From an uncultured Candidatus Saccharibacteria bacterium (GTDB lineage: Bacteria; Patescibacteriota; Minisyncoccia; Phycocordibacterales; UBA2100): a DNA stretch of 64,000 nt. The stretch spans positions 138,050-202,049 of the forward strand of contig CAYNRJ010000001.1 of NCBI GenBank assembly GCA_964399865.1, in the 5' to 3' direction. Numbering within the stretch: position 1 is the stretch's first letter; each line of letters starts with the position of its first letter. The notes beneath the pieces were generated by a model. It was given only the letters and a program-made list of their open reading frames with translations, did no database searches and was not told the DNA's origin. This document shows positions 51,142 through 61,744 of this stretch, one piece after another. A program made the translations under genes and the position numbers.

Positions 51142-52395
51142 TCAAGTCCCCTCCTGCCAGCTAGAAAGGTACTTTTTCTGATCCGCAGTGAGCTTATCTA
51201 TAGATAGACCCATTGAAGCAAGCTTGAGGGAGGCGACCGTCTGCTCGATTTCATCCGAGACATCATAGACACCTGCGGATAGATTCTTTGTCTTGGTGAG
51301 CCACTCGGCTGCGAGCGCCTGAGTAGCAAAACTCATATCCATGACACTCGATGGATGCCCCTCCGCTGCCGCAAGGTTTACAAGACGCCCTTCAGCAAGA
51401 AGGTACACTCGTTTCTTTCCCATAACGTATTCTTGGACGTTTTCGCGGACGAGAGTCGGCTTACCCTTAGCAAGCTTTTGGAGATCCTTCACATTTACCT
51501 CAACATCGAAATGTCCTGCATTACAGACGAATGCCCCGTCCTTCATTTGTTTGAAATGTTCACCACGAATGACGCTCACGTCCCCTGTTACCGTGCAAAA
51601 TAGATCACCAAGGGGGGCTGCCTCCTCCATTGGCATAACGCGGAACCCATCCATTGCAGCTTCGAGTGCCTTCACGGGATCAACTTCCGTCACGATAACG
51701 GAAGCGCCCATGCCACGTGCTCGCATGGCAAGTCCCTTTCCGCACCAACCATATCCCGCGATGACAAAGGTCCTGCCGGCGACCAACATGTCTGTCGCGC
51801 GGATGATCGCCTCAAGTGTCGATTGTCCGGTACCATATCGATTATCAAACATGTTCTTCGTCTTCGCGTCATTCACTGCAACAACGGGGATCTTAAGAGC
51901 GCCGTCACGAGCCATCGCGCGAAGACGAATGACTCCTGTTGTCGTCTCTTCAGTACTTCCCACAAGATTCTTTAAAATTTCCGGATAGTCTTGGTGGATT
52001 GTTGAAATGAGATCGGCGCCATCGTCCATCGTAAGATGCGGCTTTGTTTCTATGACTTGGGTGATGTGTTTAAAAAATGTGTCTCGATCCTCCCCTGAGA
52101 TTGCAAACACAGGAATTCCGTATTCTTCACTAAGCCCTGCCGCGGCTTCGTCTTGAGATGAAAGCGGATTTGACGCTGAAAGAACAACATCTGCGCCGCC
52201 TTCTTTCAGGGTAATCATCAGGTTTGCGGTTTCTACCGTCACGTGGAGACACGCGCCGACACGCATACCTTTAAATGGCTTCTCTTTTTTAAAGCGCTCT
52301 CGAATTTTCAAAAGGACCGGCATGTCCTTTGCTGCCCATTCAATAAGATTCTTCCCCTCCGCGGCGAGCTTTGGGTCTTTAATGTCTGATTTCAT
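51142..52395 (-). CDS. ahcY: Adenosylhomocysteinase
   Basis: CLHVT.ET, EETTTG..RL, FDNRYGTGQS, GYGWCGKG, GHPS.VMD.SF. Confidence 0.97.
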   Translation of the reverse strand: MKSDIKDPKLAAEGKNLIEWAAKDMPVLLKIRERFKKEKPFKGMRVGACLHVTVETANLMITLKEGGADVVLSASNPLSSQDEAAAGLSEEYGIPVFAISGEDRDTFFKHITQVIETKPHLTMDDGADLISTIHQDYPEILKNLVGSTEETTTGVIRLRAMARDGALKIPVVAVNDAKTKNMFDNRYGTGQSTLEAIIRATDMLVAGRTFVIAGYGWCGKGLAMRARGMGASVIVTEVDPVKALEAAMDGFRVMPMEEAAPLGDLFCTVTGDVSVIRGEHFKQMKDGAFVCNAGHFDVEVNVKDLQKLAKGKPTLVRENVQEYVMGKKRVYLLAEGRLVNLAAAEGHPSSVMDMSFATQALAAEWLTKTKNLSAGVYDVSDEIEQTVASLKLASMGLSIDKLTADQKKYLSSWQEGT

Positions 52396-52498
52396 TTGTA
52401 TGAGCTTAGCATTCAAATGCGGTAGTGTAAAAAGATATTTGACCTGACCGTGATTTCATTGTATTTTACTCATCAACGCGAACTACAGGAGGTTCACC

Positions 52499-52915
52499 AT
52501 GATTCGCGCTATTCGGGCGGCATTCGCCGCCTCTGCTCTTCTTTTCGTCATCGTTCCGGCGTCGGCCCAACAGCCGGCTGTCGAAGCGGAACTGGTCACA
52601 ATGCAGGATCCCTTCGATCCAATGGCCGACACGGTACACTTTGATGATCTGGATCGTCAGATCCGGGCAGTAACCGATACCCTTTGCGTCGCTACCGCCC
52701 ATACGATGGGCGAAATGCGTCGCGAAGTAGACTGTCGGATCGCCTTCATCCACGTCCTGATCAACGTGGTAGGGACCCGCGTCGCAGTCGCGATTGCTCA
52801 ACTCGCCGTGATGGACGGCGACCCGGCTGCGGTGGAGCTGGCGGGGGCTGCGAGCGACAGCTACACGAAGCTTGGCGAGCTCATTCGTTCAACTATCGCC
52901 ACATACGCTCGCTAG
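52499..52915 (+). CDS. Secreted orphan protein
   Basis: TTGACC promoter, AGGAGG SD, signal peptide ASA|Q, own terminator. Confidence 0.75.
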   Translation: MIRAIRAAFAASALLFVIVPASAQQPAVEAELVTMQDPFDPMADTVHFDDLDRQIRAVTDTLCVATAHTMGEMRREVDCRIAFIHVLINVVGTRVAVAIAQLAVMDGDPAAVELAGAASDSYTKLGELIRSTIATYAR

Positions 52916-52948
52916 CCCAAGCGCCCTCGCCTGGCTCTCTCGAGCCCC

Positions 52949-52986
52949 GACCCGGACTGTTCACGCAGTCCGGGTCATCGTTTTAT
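52949..52986 (+). terminator. Terminator hairpin
   Basis: GACCCGGACTG-ttcacg-CAGTCCGGGTC then T-rich tract. Confidence 0.75.
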
Positions 52987-53549
52987 ATAAATTTCTTGTG
53001 ATAGATGCTGAATAAAATTGCTCCGCACGCGAGAATCAAATACACAGGAAATGCGAGTGACACGAATGTGAACGTCTCAATCACAAAAAACGACGAGAGA
53101 GCACTTACGATCGCTGCTGCGTACCCCGTCCAATACTCTGTTTCCGGAAATCTCCACGCTTTAATGACGGTTGGTACTGTTGCGACCCCATCGCTCAGTA
53201 TTGCAAACAGAATCGCTGTCGCAGCATTCTCTGTCATCCACCACAGAAGAAGGGCGAGCAATGAGAAGGCGCCACATACATAGTCGAACCTTCCAAGCTT
53301 CCAATATGCGTTCTTATTAAAGAATGTCGCGATAAAGGCGCTCGCGGGAATTAACCCTGATACCAATATAGTGAGCGACGCCCATCCCACCCCTTCGGAC
53401 AGAGCAGCGGCAAATGCAATGAGCGGGGCAAGCCCCCACATAAAAAAGGTTACCCGATTCGGCTTCGTGAGCCCTTTGGCGGTGCGCCAAATATAAACCG
53501 AAGAGCCAGCTACGTTTACGAGCGCTCCGAGAACAACTATCCACACCAT
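52983..53549 (-). CDS. Conserved multi-TM membrane protein
   Basis: TKPNRVTFFMW, PT..KAW..PETE motifs. Confidence 0.8.
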   Translation of the reverse strand: MVWIVVLGALVNVAGSSVYIWRTAKGLTKPNRVTFFMWGLAPLIAFAAALSEGVGWASLTILVSGLIPASAFIATFFNKNAYWKLGRFDYVCGAFSLLALLLWWMTENAATAILFAILSDGVATVPTVIKAWRFPETEYWTGYAAAIVSALSSFFVIETFTFVSLAFPVYLILACGAILFSIYHKKFI

Positions 53550-53550
53550 A

Positions 53551-54492
53551 TTATTTCAACGGACAATCTTCTCCGTATGTTTCCTTATATCTGATTGCTA
53601 GCTCCTCACGTGTAAAGCGATGATTTTGAGTTCCGTATTTTTCTACTGCATAGACGGAAACGATGCTCCCTAGACGAGCGCACTGATGAACAGGGAGCGC
53701 GTGTAAAAAGCCCGCAATAAATCCTGCGCGATACGCATCCCCCGCTCCAGTCGGGTCTACTACTTCTTTCGCAGGCGCCGCTAACACTTCGTCTACCTTT
53801 CCTTCGGTGAGAATACGAGTTCCCTTTTCACCGTATGTAATGATTATGGCGGGGACTTTTGTAAGGAGCTCTTGCTCGTCCCAACCTGTCTTTTCCATAA
53901 GAAGGCCGATCTCGTAGTCATTTCCAAAAAGAACGGTAGCGCCAGTTATTCCGTTTTTCAAATCTTCCGCTCCTAAAGTGGGTATTTGCTGAGCTGGGTC
54001 ATAAAAATACGACACTCCATGAGATCGATAATGCTCGGGAAGGACCTGCATATCTCTTGGACAACCTGCACCGATATGTGCGCAGACGATCCCCTCTGTA
54101 AGTGGTAGTGGTTCATACGGCGTATTTCCTGCTCCGAAAGAAAATGCAGCTATCTGGTTATCCGCTTTATCGGTCATGATGAAGGCCGATGACGTAAGAT
54201 TTTTCAGATCGACATGAACTGACGCTGGATCAATGTTGAGAGATTTAAAATGCGCTTTATAACGCTCGAAATCCGAGCCAGCTGTAGAAATTATTTTTGG
54301 CTCTATACCAAGAAGTGCGAGATTGTATCCGATGTTTCCTGCTGTTCCTCCAAAATTCTCCGCGAACCCTTCCACCGCAAAACTGACGTTTATATTGTGA
54401 AGCTTGTCGGGGAGAAAACTATCTTTAAACAAACCTGGGAAATCCATTATGCGGTCGTACGCAACGGAGCCAGAAATGAGAACTTGTGACAT
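53551..54492 (-). CDS. PfkB-family kinase, probable adenosine kinase
   Basis: GSVAYD.IM.FPG.F....LPD.LH..NVSF, GGTAGN, DPTGAGDAYRAG; near ahcY. Confidence 0.88.
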   Translation of the reverse strand: MSQVLISGSVAYDRIMDFPGLFKDSFLPDKLHNINVSFAVEGFAENFGGTAGNIGYNLALLGIEPKIISTAGSDFERYKAHFKSLNIDPASVHVDLKNLTSSAFIMTDKADNQIAAFSFGAGNTPYEPLPLTEGIVCAHIGAGCPRDMQVLPEHYRSHGVSYFYDPAQQIPTLGAEDLKNGITGATVLFGNDYEIGLLMEKTGWDEQELLTKVPAIIITYGEKGTRILTEGKVDEVLAAPAKEVVDPTGAGDAYRAGFIAGFLHALPVHQCARLGSIVSVYAVEKYGTQNHRFTREELAIRYKETYGEDCPLK

Positions 54493-54559
54493 GGGCAAAG
54501 TATACAACCCCCTTATTCTTTAGTGAAAGAAAGGGATTGAATACCGCTTCACGATGGGA

Positions 54560-55336
54560 TTACTCCACCTTCTCAATAGTTGTGGCACTGATGATGCCGT
54601 CGATATCGTACTTTTGAATACTGCTCATATTCTGGACTGGTGTGACGACGCCAGTAACACGAACCTTTGTGCCCATTGGGAAATCCACTGGATACGTTGC
54701 CATAAGAGCAGTGTCGACCGCGTAGTGGCCATCGCTTTGGTCGACTGCAATGCCGAATGCACATTCCATAGTGTGGGGACCGTTCTTATCTTTAGGAGGT
54801 AAACATTCCCAAAACCCGACGATCGATTGGCGTGTAGGAAGCGTGCTGTAACTACCCTTTTCCATTTTTACAATGCGCCACTCTCCATCGCGCTTTTCGA
54901 GAGAAAGCGTGATCGGATATACGGCTGCTGCCGTCGTACTTCCCGACACGTCATTTGCTACTTCAATGACATTAGCTTCCACGACAAAATTACCGTCTAC
55001 GGGACGAACTTCTACGATATCAATTCTGTCCGGCCAAGGACTTGAACTGTGCCTTCCAAGTGCTACTTCACCCTCCGGATACCACTTCGTCAAAAGTTCC
55101 GGCGCGACATACGCTCCATATGCGGCATCCATGGCTGCCTTTCGTTCTTCACCAGAGGCTAGAAGTGTGACCAGCTGTAGCTTTTTGCCGAATTCATTTA
55201 CCAAGCTACGCACCTCGGTCTCATCTGCATTTGAAGTTGAAGTTACTGGCTCGTTGTTGATGACTTGTCCTAAAAAGAAAAAAGCTAGAACTACTAGTGC
55301 AATAACTCCGAGTAAACTGGGCAACAATTTATTCAT
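54560..55336 (-). CDS. Membrane-anchored hypothetical protein
   Basis: N-terminal TM; GR..SSPWPDRIDI and CLP....T.ECAFG motifs. Confidence 0.75.
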   Translation of the reverse strand: MNKLLPSLLGVIALVVLAFFFLGQVINNEPVTSTSNADETEVRSLVNEFGKKLQLVTLLASGEERKAAMDAAYGAYVAPELLTKWYPEGEVALGRHSSSPWPDRIDIVEVRPVDGNFVVEANVIEVANDVSGSTTAAAVYPITLSLEKRDGEWRIVKMEKGSYSTLPTRQSIVGFWECLPPKDKNGPHTMECAFGIAVDQSDGHYAVDTALMATYPVDFPMGTKVRVTGVVTPVQNMSSIQKYDIDGIISATTIEKVE

Positions 55337-55413
55337 ATTCTCAATATACCAGATGACGTTCGCCCAGAGTTCTTATTACATGACAAACGGGCATCTCCGT
55401 TGTGGAAGCTGAA

Positions 55414-55950
55414 TTATTTGCGTTTAACTTCAAAAACAAAGCGATATGAACTTTCAGGGATTTCTTCTCCTGCTATTGGCGCTGGAGTCACCTCTTTAAG
55501 AGTCACAAAAAAATCACCGAACGTGTGCGGTTTTCCTAGCACAAAGACATGTTCACCGTGAGCAACTTGGGTAGCGAGAGCAGCTCTCACTTCTACAGTG
55601 CCTGCCCATATACATTGAACGTCTGCTGGACAACGACTATCTGAAACGATCTCACGTGGACTTACGGTCACATTCAGCCCGGTCGCATTGCCACCGAGAT
55701 ATGTGGTGAGGATTGCAGAAGTGGCGTCTGGAGACGGACATGCAATGAATTCGCACTTTGGACCCGTGCGTCCAACAGATGAACCGTCGGGACAAATTTT
55801 TGCATCCCCATTGCATTCCCATGATTCTGTCGATGTTGCGCCTGAACCATTCGCGACCGGTGTCTTATTCTGTGCACCTGAGGCAAGCGCGAACCATACC
55901 GCCGCCCCTACCGCAACGATGACTCCTATTGAAATGCCGGTCTTTATCAT
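55414..55950 (-). CDS. Membrane-anchored protein with CPDG-type Cys motif
   Basis: C..DAKICPDGSSVGR.GPKCEF..CP and DSRCP.DVQCIWAG. Confidence 0.8.
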   Translation of the reverse strand: MIKTGISIGVIVAVGAAVWFALASGAQNKTPVANGSGATSTESWECNGDAKICPDGSSVGRTGPKCEFIACPSPDATSAILTTYLGGNATGLNVTVSPREIVSDSRCPADVQCIWAGTVEVRAALATQVAHGEHVFVLGKPHTFGDFFVTLKEVTPAPIAGEEIPESSYRFVFEVKRK

Positions 55951-56014
55951 ATTGATCTCATTATAGAAGACGTAACGAGAACATTTATATTTCCGACGTA
56001 TAACTTTCTGCAAT

Positions 56015-57325
56015 TTACGTTACCTCCCCCAGCATTGGAAGCCCGAGGCGACGACGACCATGTTCGCCACGGAATAGAGTCTCCTGCCTTGAGGTCGTTT
56101 CCCCTCTTTCTCCGGCATGCGCAAGATGTGTCATCGCTTCGAAACTAGATCCGAGAAAGACAGCGTGCTTACCGTATTTTGCAGATAATTCATCCACACT
56201 TTCAAAAATACGTTTTAATCCTTCTGTTTTTAAGGTAGCTCCGAAGAGATCTAGTTGTGCAGAGCCCGCGTCCCCTAACTTTAAGAGCGTGATCCCCGTA
56301 GTCCGATACAAAACTCCCGGGCGATACACCTTTGGAAAATATTCTGATACAACACGGAGAATATCCTGTGGAACATTGGTTGCGTGCGACAGCTTGATCT
56401 CAAAGCCGTGATACCGAAAATCTTGTGTCTTCAAGAAGAAAAAGATCTCTGGAGAAGAGAGCTCCCAACGCCGCGCTTTGATACATGCGTTTTCAATATT
56501 CTTTGAAAGCTGGGAAAAGATAAATTCTTTGTCACGCGATGGAGGTGTAAATGTGCGTGTTTTTTGGATCGATTTGTATGTGGTTTTATACTCGGTCGTT
56601 AACTCAAGAGCGACTTCCCCGTTCAACTCCCTCCAGAGCTCTACAAAAGGTTTTGAGACTGTCTTTTTTATCCACTCCTCGCCTTTATCAGCAAACTCAA
56701 GCGCTGTTCTTACATTAAATTTCTCAAGATACGCTGCAGTGTTAGGGCCGATGCCCCAAATATTCCCGGCGGGAGTGCGAGCGAGATATGGACGGACGTC
56801 TTTAAGAGGGATCACCGTGAGACCATTCGGTTTTTTCCATTTTGAGCCAAGCTTTGCAAGAACTTTCGTCGCAGAGAGCCCGAGACTAAACGTCATTCCG
56901 AGCTCGGTTTCAAGATCGCGCTTGATAGCACGCGCCATGTCGGGGTAGGTCATGCGAAGAGTGCGCCTTAGACCTGTGAGATCAGCAAAGCATTCGTCCA
57001 CGGAGTACTCTTCTACTGTCGGTGTGTAGCGACGGACTATTTTATACATGCGCTCGGAGAAAAGGCTGTAGGTTTCGTAATCAGATGGGAGGATTACCGC
57101 ATCAGGCACAAGCTTCCGCGCTTCCGAAAGTATCATCCCCCGCGTTACACCTCGAGCCTTTACGTCGTAGGTCATTGCAGAAACTATTCCGCGCTCTTTC
57201 CCCGTTATGACCGGCTTCCCTTTTAATCTTGGGTCTTTCGCTATTTCACAGGACGCGAAGAAAGAGTCGCCGTCCACGTGCAAAATGGCGCGTGGAAAAG
57301 AAAGAGGTGTTCCCCATGCTGCCAT
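56015..57325 (-). CDS. dinB: Y-family DNA polymerase (DinB/UmuC-like)
   Basis: HVDGDSFFASCE, YSVDE, KVLAKL.S..KKPNG, IWGIG. Confidence 0.93.
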   Translation of the reverse strand: MAAWGTPLSFPRAILHVDGDSFFASCEIAKDPRLKGKPVITGKERGIVSAMTYDVKARGVTRGMILSEARKLVPDAVILPSDYETYSLFSERMYKIVRRYTPTVEEYSVDECFADLTGLRRTLRMTYPDMARAIKRDLETELGMTFSLGLSATKVLAKLGSKWKKPNGLTVIPLKDVRPYLARTPAGNIWGIGPNTAAYLEKFNVRTALEFADKGEEWIKKTVSKPFVELWRELNGEVALELTTEYKTTYKSIQKTRTFTPPSRDKEFIFSQLSKNIENACIKARRWELSSPEIFFFLKTQDFRYHGFEIKLSHATNVPQDILRVVSEYFPKVYRPGVLYRTTGITLLKLGDAGSAQLDLFGATLKTEGLKRIFESVDELSAKYGKHAVFLGSSFEAMTHLAHAGERGETTSRQETLFRGEHGRRRLGLPMLGEVT

Positions 57326-57327
57326 AC

Positions 57328-57906
57328 CTAATATTTCCTTACGACGGCTATGACGACCGCTTCGACGCGGAATGAGTCTGTGGGATATATCGGTTTATAT
57401 TTTTTATTCGCTGGCTCTAGGAAATATTTTTCTCCGTTTTTTCGCAGATATTTCATCGTATATTCGTTGTCGATGCTCGCAACGACGATTTGCCCCGGCT
57501 TATACGTAGCGCGGCGCTCGACGATGACCATGTCTCCAGGATGGATCCCCGCGTCTATCATTGAATCCCCTTTCACTTTCAGTATGTAACTCGATTCTTT
57601 GTTCGGGGTAAGGTACTCATCGAAATTCATCACGTCCAAAAGCTCTTCTTCAGCGGCCGAAGGAAAGCCCGCTTCAACGACTCCGAGAAGGCGCGTGCCC
57701 TGCTCCTGCACGAGACCGTTCAAACTTCTAGGAATGAGTCTTCCGTTCTTATCTTTCTCTGCAATGCCCGCTTGTATCATTTTTTCTACGAAATAATGGA
57801 CGGCGTTTTTACTCTTATACCCTACGAGCTTCATTATCTCGCTATAACTCGGCATTCGGCGATGCTTTTTGTAAAAGGAAATGACTTTTTCTTGTCGCTG
57901 ATCCAT
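57328..57906 (-). CDS. lexA: LexA-family repressor
   Basis: PS.SEI wHTH, V.AG cleavage site, GDSM catalytic Ser, TMK catalytic Lys. Confidence 0.9.
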   Translation of the reverse strand: MDQRQEKVISFYKKHRRMPSYSEIMKLVGYKSKNAVHYFVEKMIQAGIAEKDKNGRLIPRSLNGLVQEQGTRLLGVVEAGFPSAAEEELLDVMNFDEYLTPNKESSYILKVKGDSMIDAGIHPGDMVIVERRATYKPGQIVVASIDNEYTMKYLRKNGEKYFLEPANKKYKPIYPTDSFRVEAVVIAVVRKY

Positions 57907-57913
57907 ACATGCA

Positions 57914-57942
57914 AGTGTATGGAACGTTCGTTCCAATGTCAA
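57914..57942 (-). promoter_or_regulatory. lexA promoter with SOS box
   Basis: TTGACA-17 nt-TACACT; spacer holds TGGAAC-GAAC-GTTCCA (GAAC-N4-GTTC). Confidence 0.85.
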
Positions 57943-58060
57943 TTAGAGACAGTGGATATGGCGACCTTTTCATCACTTCATAGGGAATCGCCTCACAACT
58001 TTTTCGCTTCGCCCAGTCCGGCCGTTCGATTTGCCTCCCAGGCATCATATAGGCGTCTAT

Positions 58061-58091
58061 GAAAACACTCCGGACAAGCCGGAGTATTTTC
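58061..58091 (-). terminator. tRNA terminator
   Basis: GAAAATACTCCGG-cttgt-CCGGAGTGTTTTC on -. Confidence 0.75.
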
Positions 58092-58100
58092 CTAAACGCA

Positions 58101-58172
58101 TGACCCCACGGGGAATCGAACCCCGATTACCGCCTTGAGAAGGCGATGTCCTAACCGTTAGACGATGGGGCC
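58101..58172 (-). tRNA. tRNA-Glu(CUC), CCA not encoded
   Basis: GGCCCCATCGTCTAACGGTTAGGAC...anticodon loop TTCTCAA...GGTTCGATTCC...TGGGGTCA cloverleaf. Confidence 0.96.
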
Positions 58173-58234
58173 TTCGTGACAAAATGTAGCATACCAAAAC
58201 CCGAAACGGAATTGGTGCGTAGCCCTATATTGCA

Positions 58235-58269
58235 CATACTCTCACATTCTTAAGAATTAGAGAATGTTT
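58235..58269. repeat. Palindromic 35-bp direct repeat, copy 1 (overlaps ArsR stop)
   Basis: CATACTCTCACATTCTTAAGAATTAGAGAATGTTT. Confidence 0.9.
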
Positions 58270-58540
58270 CTATGAACGCAGAAAATGTGCGGCCGTATGG
58301 CGTAAGTTTATGTTCAACCGATCGCCCCGCGTATGTCTTCTCAATCAGCCCCGCGAGCGCCAGGCGACGAACATGCTCAGAGATTGTTTTCATGTTCCCT
58401 CTTACATCCTCCACGATATCGACTAGCGTTATACCCGGCCGCTTCGATATCAGGAGGAGAATTTGAATCCGACGATGATTTGCGACACCCTTGAAGTGAC
58501 GCTCGAGCTTTTTTGGACCCTTTATCTTCTTTTCACTCAT
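58250..58540 (-). CDS. ArsR-family winged-helix regulator
   Basis: FKGVAN.RR.QIL.L, TISEH.RRL..AGLI. Confidence 0.88.
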   Translation of the reverse strand: MSEKKIKGPKKLERHFKGVANHRRIQILLLISKRPGITLVDIVEDVRGNMKTISEHVRRLALAGLIEKTYAGRSVEHKLTPYGRTFSAFIETFSNS

Positions 58541-58545
58541 TCCAC

Positions 58546-58580
58546 CATACTCTCACATTCTTAAGAATATGAGAATGTTT
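58546..58580. repeat. Palindromic 35-bp direct repeat, copy 2 (ArsR promoter)
   Basis: CATACTCTCACATTCTTAAGAATATGAGAATGTTT; 33/35 identical to copy 1. Confidence 0.9.
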
Positions 58581-58625
58581 TTACTGTGAATGAGATCCCA
58601 TGCGGGTTATCGGCTAGAGCGAGAC

Positions 58626-60338
58626 TCATCGGTCTGGTGGAATTTCGTAGTAGTTAATTAGGAACTTTGTGATGTCGAGAAATGGCCTCGCGAGCGACGC
58701 TGACGCAAACTCAACACCCTTTGGTTCTATCGCGAACAAAAACACGATGTACTCGGGGTCATGCGCAGGGAAATAACCGAAGAATGAGTGGAGGTACCTG
58801 TCTGGCGAGTAACCGCTTGAGCCTGGTACCGCAATCTGTGCTGTGCCTGTTTTTGCAGCAATCGAATAATGCTCCTGCTTTAACTCACCCTTAAGGAGTG
58901 CCGTATCGAATACCTTTACGAGCATATCAGTGACGGCTTGGGTGGACTCGGGTTTAAATACAATCCTACTCTCCTTTGGAACGACGGAACGAGTAATCCC
59001 GCTTTCGAGGCGAACTGCAGAAACAATATGTGGTGATGGAAGTGCGCCCCCATTTGCGAGGGTGGCGAGCGCTCTTGTGATTGCTACAGCCGAAACCGCA
59101 ATTCCTTGCCCAAAGCCTGCTGAGGAGTAATCAACGTCGTAGCCGTCATCGATGGCCCGTATATTACCCGTCGCCTCATTCGGGAGCTCTATGCCGGTTT
59201 CTTCACCAAGAGCAAGCGCCTTCACATATTTTCCAAACACCTCATGACCCATTTTATCAACTATGAAAGAAACACCGAGGTTAAGGGATTGATTTAATAC
59301 CTCTTGCATATTGACGCGATCACGCGCCTTCTTGTCGTGGTTACAAATAGTCTCTCCACTTTTTTCAATGCAGCCACGATCCACGTATGTAGTTTCGGGA
59401 GTCACCGCCCCTGCATCGATACCAGCAGCCATGGTTAGAGGCTTCATGATCGAACCCATTTCGTAAATACCTTCCACAAGAAGATTGGTGAATACACCGG
59501 GATCACTCTCGGTGTTGTACGTATTCGGATCAAATCCTGGTCGAACACCCATTGCGACGATCGCGCCGGTCCTTGGATCCATGATGATCCCTCCGGCAAT
59601 CTTCGGGGAGTATGCGCTCATCACCTGTTCAAGTGTTTCTTCTAGACGCGCTTCCACAAGAGGTTCTATAGTAGTAATGATACTTCCCTGCTGGGCAGCC
59701 GGGTCTGAAAACGCCGCTCCGATATTTGTAAATATTTCTGCAAACGGATTTACGTAAAGGCCCGACGAGGTTCGCGATAACGTAGCCTCCCAGGACCTCT
59801 CCAATCCATAGACCCCAACCCTTTTGTCACCCTGAAATCCCACGAAGCCGAGCACGTGTGCTGCAACTTCTCCTGCGGGGTAATATCTCCACTGATCGCG
59901 TACGAGTACAACTCCTGGCAATTTCTTTGCGCGTATCTTATCCGCCGCCTCGTCAGAAATACGGAATGCGACCTCTTCGTAGGGGTCATTCTTTTTTGCG
60001 GCGCTTGCAAAGAATCGAGTGCTATCGATCGCTGTCTCAGCGGCAAGCGCATCAAATGTCATCTGCGCATCGCTTATGTTCTTTGGCGCAATTGCGATCC
60101 TCCAACCCGCCTGCATAACTGCGCCAGCGACCGCAGTACCATCCTTCTTTGAGAAAGATATATTACCGCGATCAATAATCTGATTTCCCGTTTCGACTAC
60201 ATACTGAGCAGCAGCGTCATTTCTATATTCTTGGCCTCGAACAATCTGCACAAAATATAACCTTACCGTAAGGAGTACGGCAATGAGAATGAATATGGCA
60301 GAGAGGAGCCGCGCACGCACTACTATCTTAGATTTCAT
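58626..60338 (-). CDS. ftsI: Class B penicillin-binding protein FtsI
   Basis: R.YP.G, YEMGSIMK (SxxK), SLN, KTGTAQ; dcw position. Confidence 0.93.
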   Translation of the reverse strand: MKSKIVVRARLLSAIFILIAVLLTVRLYFVQIVRGQEYRNDAAAQYVVETGNQIIDRGNISFSKKDGTAVAGAVMQAGWRIAIAPKNISDAQMTFDALAAETAIDSTRFFASAAKKNDPYEEVAFRISDEAADKIRAKKLPGVVLVRDQWRYYPAGEVAAHVLGFVGFQGDKRVGVYGLERSWEATLSRTSSGLYVNPFAEIFTNIGAAFSDPAAQQGSIITTIEPLVEARLEETLEQVMSAYSPKIAGGIIMDPRTGAIVAMGVRPGFDPNTYNTESDPGVFTNLLVEGIYEMGSIMKPLTMAAGIDAGAVTPETTYVDRGCIEKSGETICNHDKKARDRVNMQEVLNQSLNLGVSFIVDKMGHEVFGKYVKALALGEETGIELPNEATGNIRAIDDGYDVDYSSAGFGQGIAVSAVAITRALATLANGGALPSPHIVSAVRLESGITRSVVPKESRIVFKPESTQAVTDMLVKVFDTALLKGELKQEHYSIAAKTGTAQIAVPGSSGYSPDRYLHSFFGYFPAHDPEYIVFLFAIEPKGVEFASASLARPFLDITKFLINYYEIPPDR

Positions 60339-60672
60339 TCGTGCTAATTGTAGCAGCACCTACCGTGCCCGGCCTGTGTACATACTGAGTATTTGAAACA
60401 GGCGAAAGCCCAAGGCGTGCACCTTCCCCTGGCTTTATTGCGGCTGCCGCGGCGTAATAATCTCTCTCTAGAAGAGCGACGGAGCTACCAAGCGACGCCA
60501 TGTGTGATACAGCTTCTTTTCTAGCAATCACATTAAGTACAGATGCGCTCACAAAGTACATGTATGCGACTATAAGTACGAAAAGGATAGCGATTAGGGC
60601 GCGAAACAATACTTTTTCAGCTGTATGTTCGGAAGTAAGCGAAAAGGTTGCGCTCTTCCCTGAAAATTTCAT
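60328..60672 (-). CDS. FtsL-like single-TM protein
   Basis: Between rsmH and ftsI; TM plus short coiled coil, A..LGL motif; start uncertain (60672 or 60729). Confidence 0.65.
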   Translation of the reverse strand: MKFSGKSATFSLTSEHTAEKVLFRALIAILFVLIVAYMYFVSASVLNVIARKEAVSHMASLGSSVALLERDYYAAAAAIKPGEGARLGLSPVSNTQYVHRPGTVGAATISTNEI

Positions 60673-60741
60673 TGAGCCCTGAAAGACTGAGGGCTTATAT
60701 TTACTGATTTTTAATATTCTTGACCCCATATTGTATTTACT

Positions 60742-61635
<894 letters not shown>

Positions 61636-61744
61636 GTTCTCCGAAGATTTCGCCGATTCGGATGACAACACCGGATCGCTAGAGGATTGTGAGCGTCGCG
61701 TGCGCATGACGTTTATGCATTCCTCTAGCTATCCCGTGCAGCCA

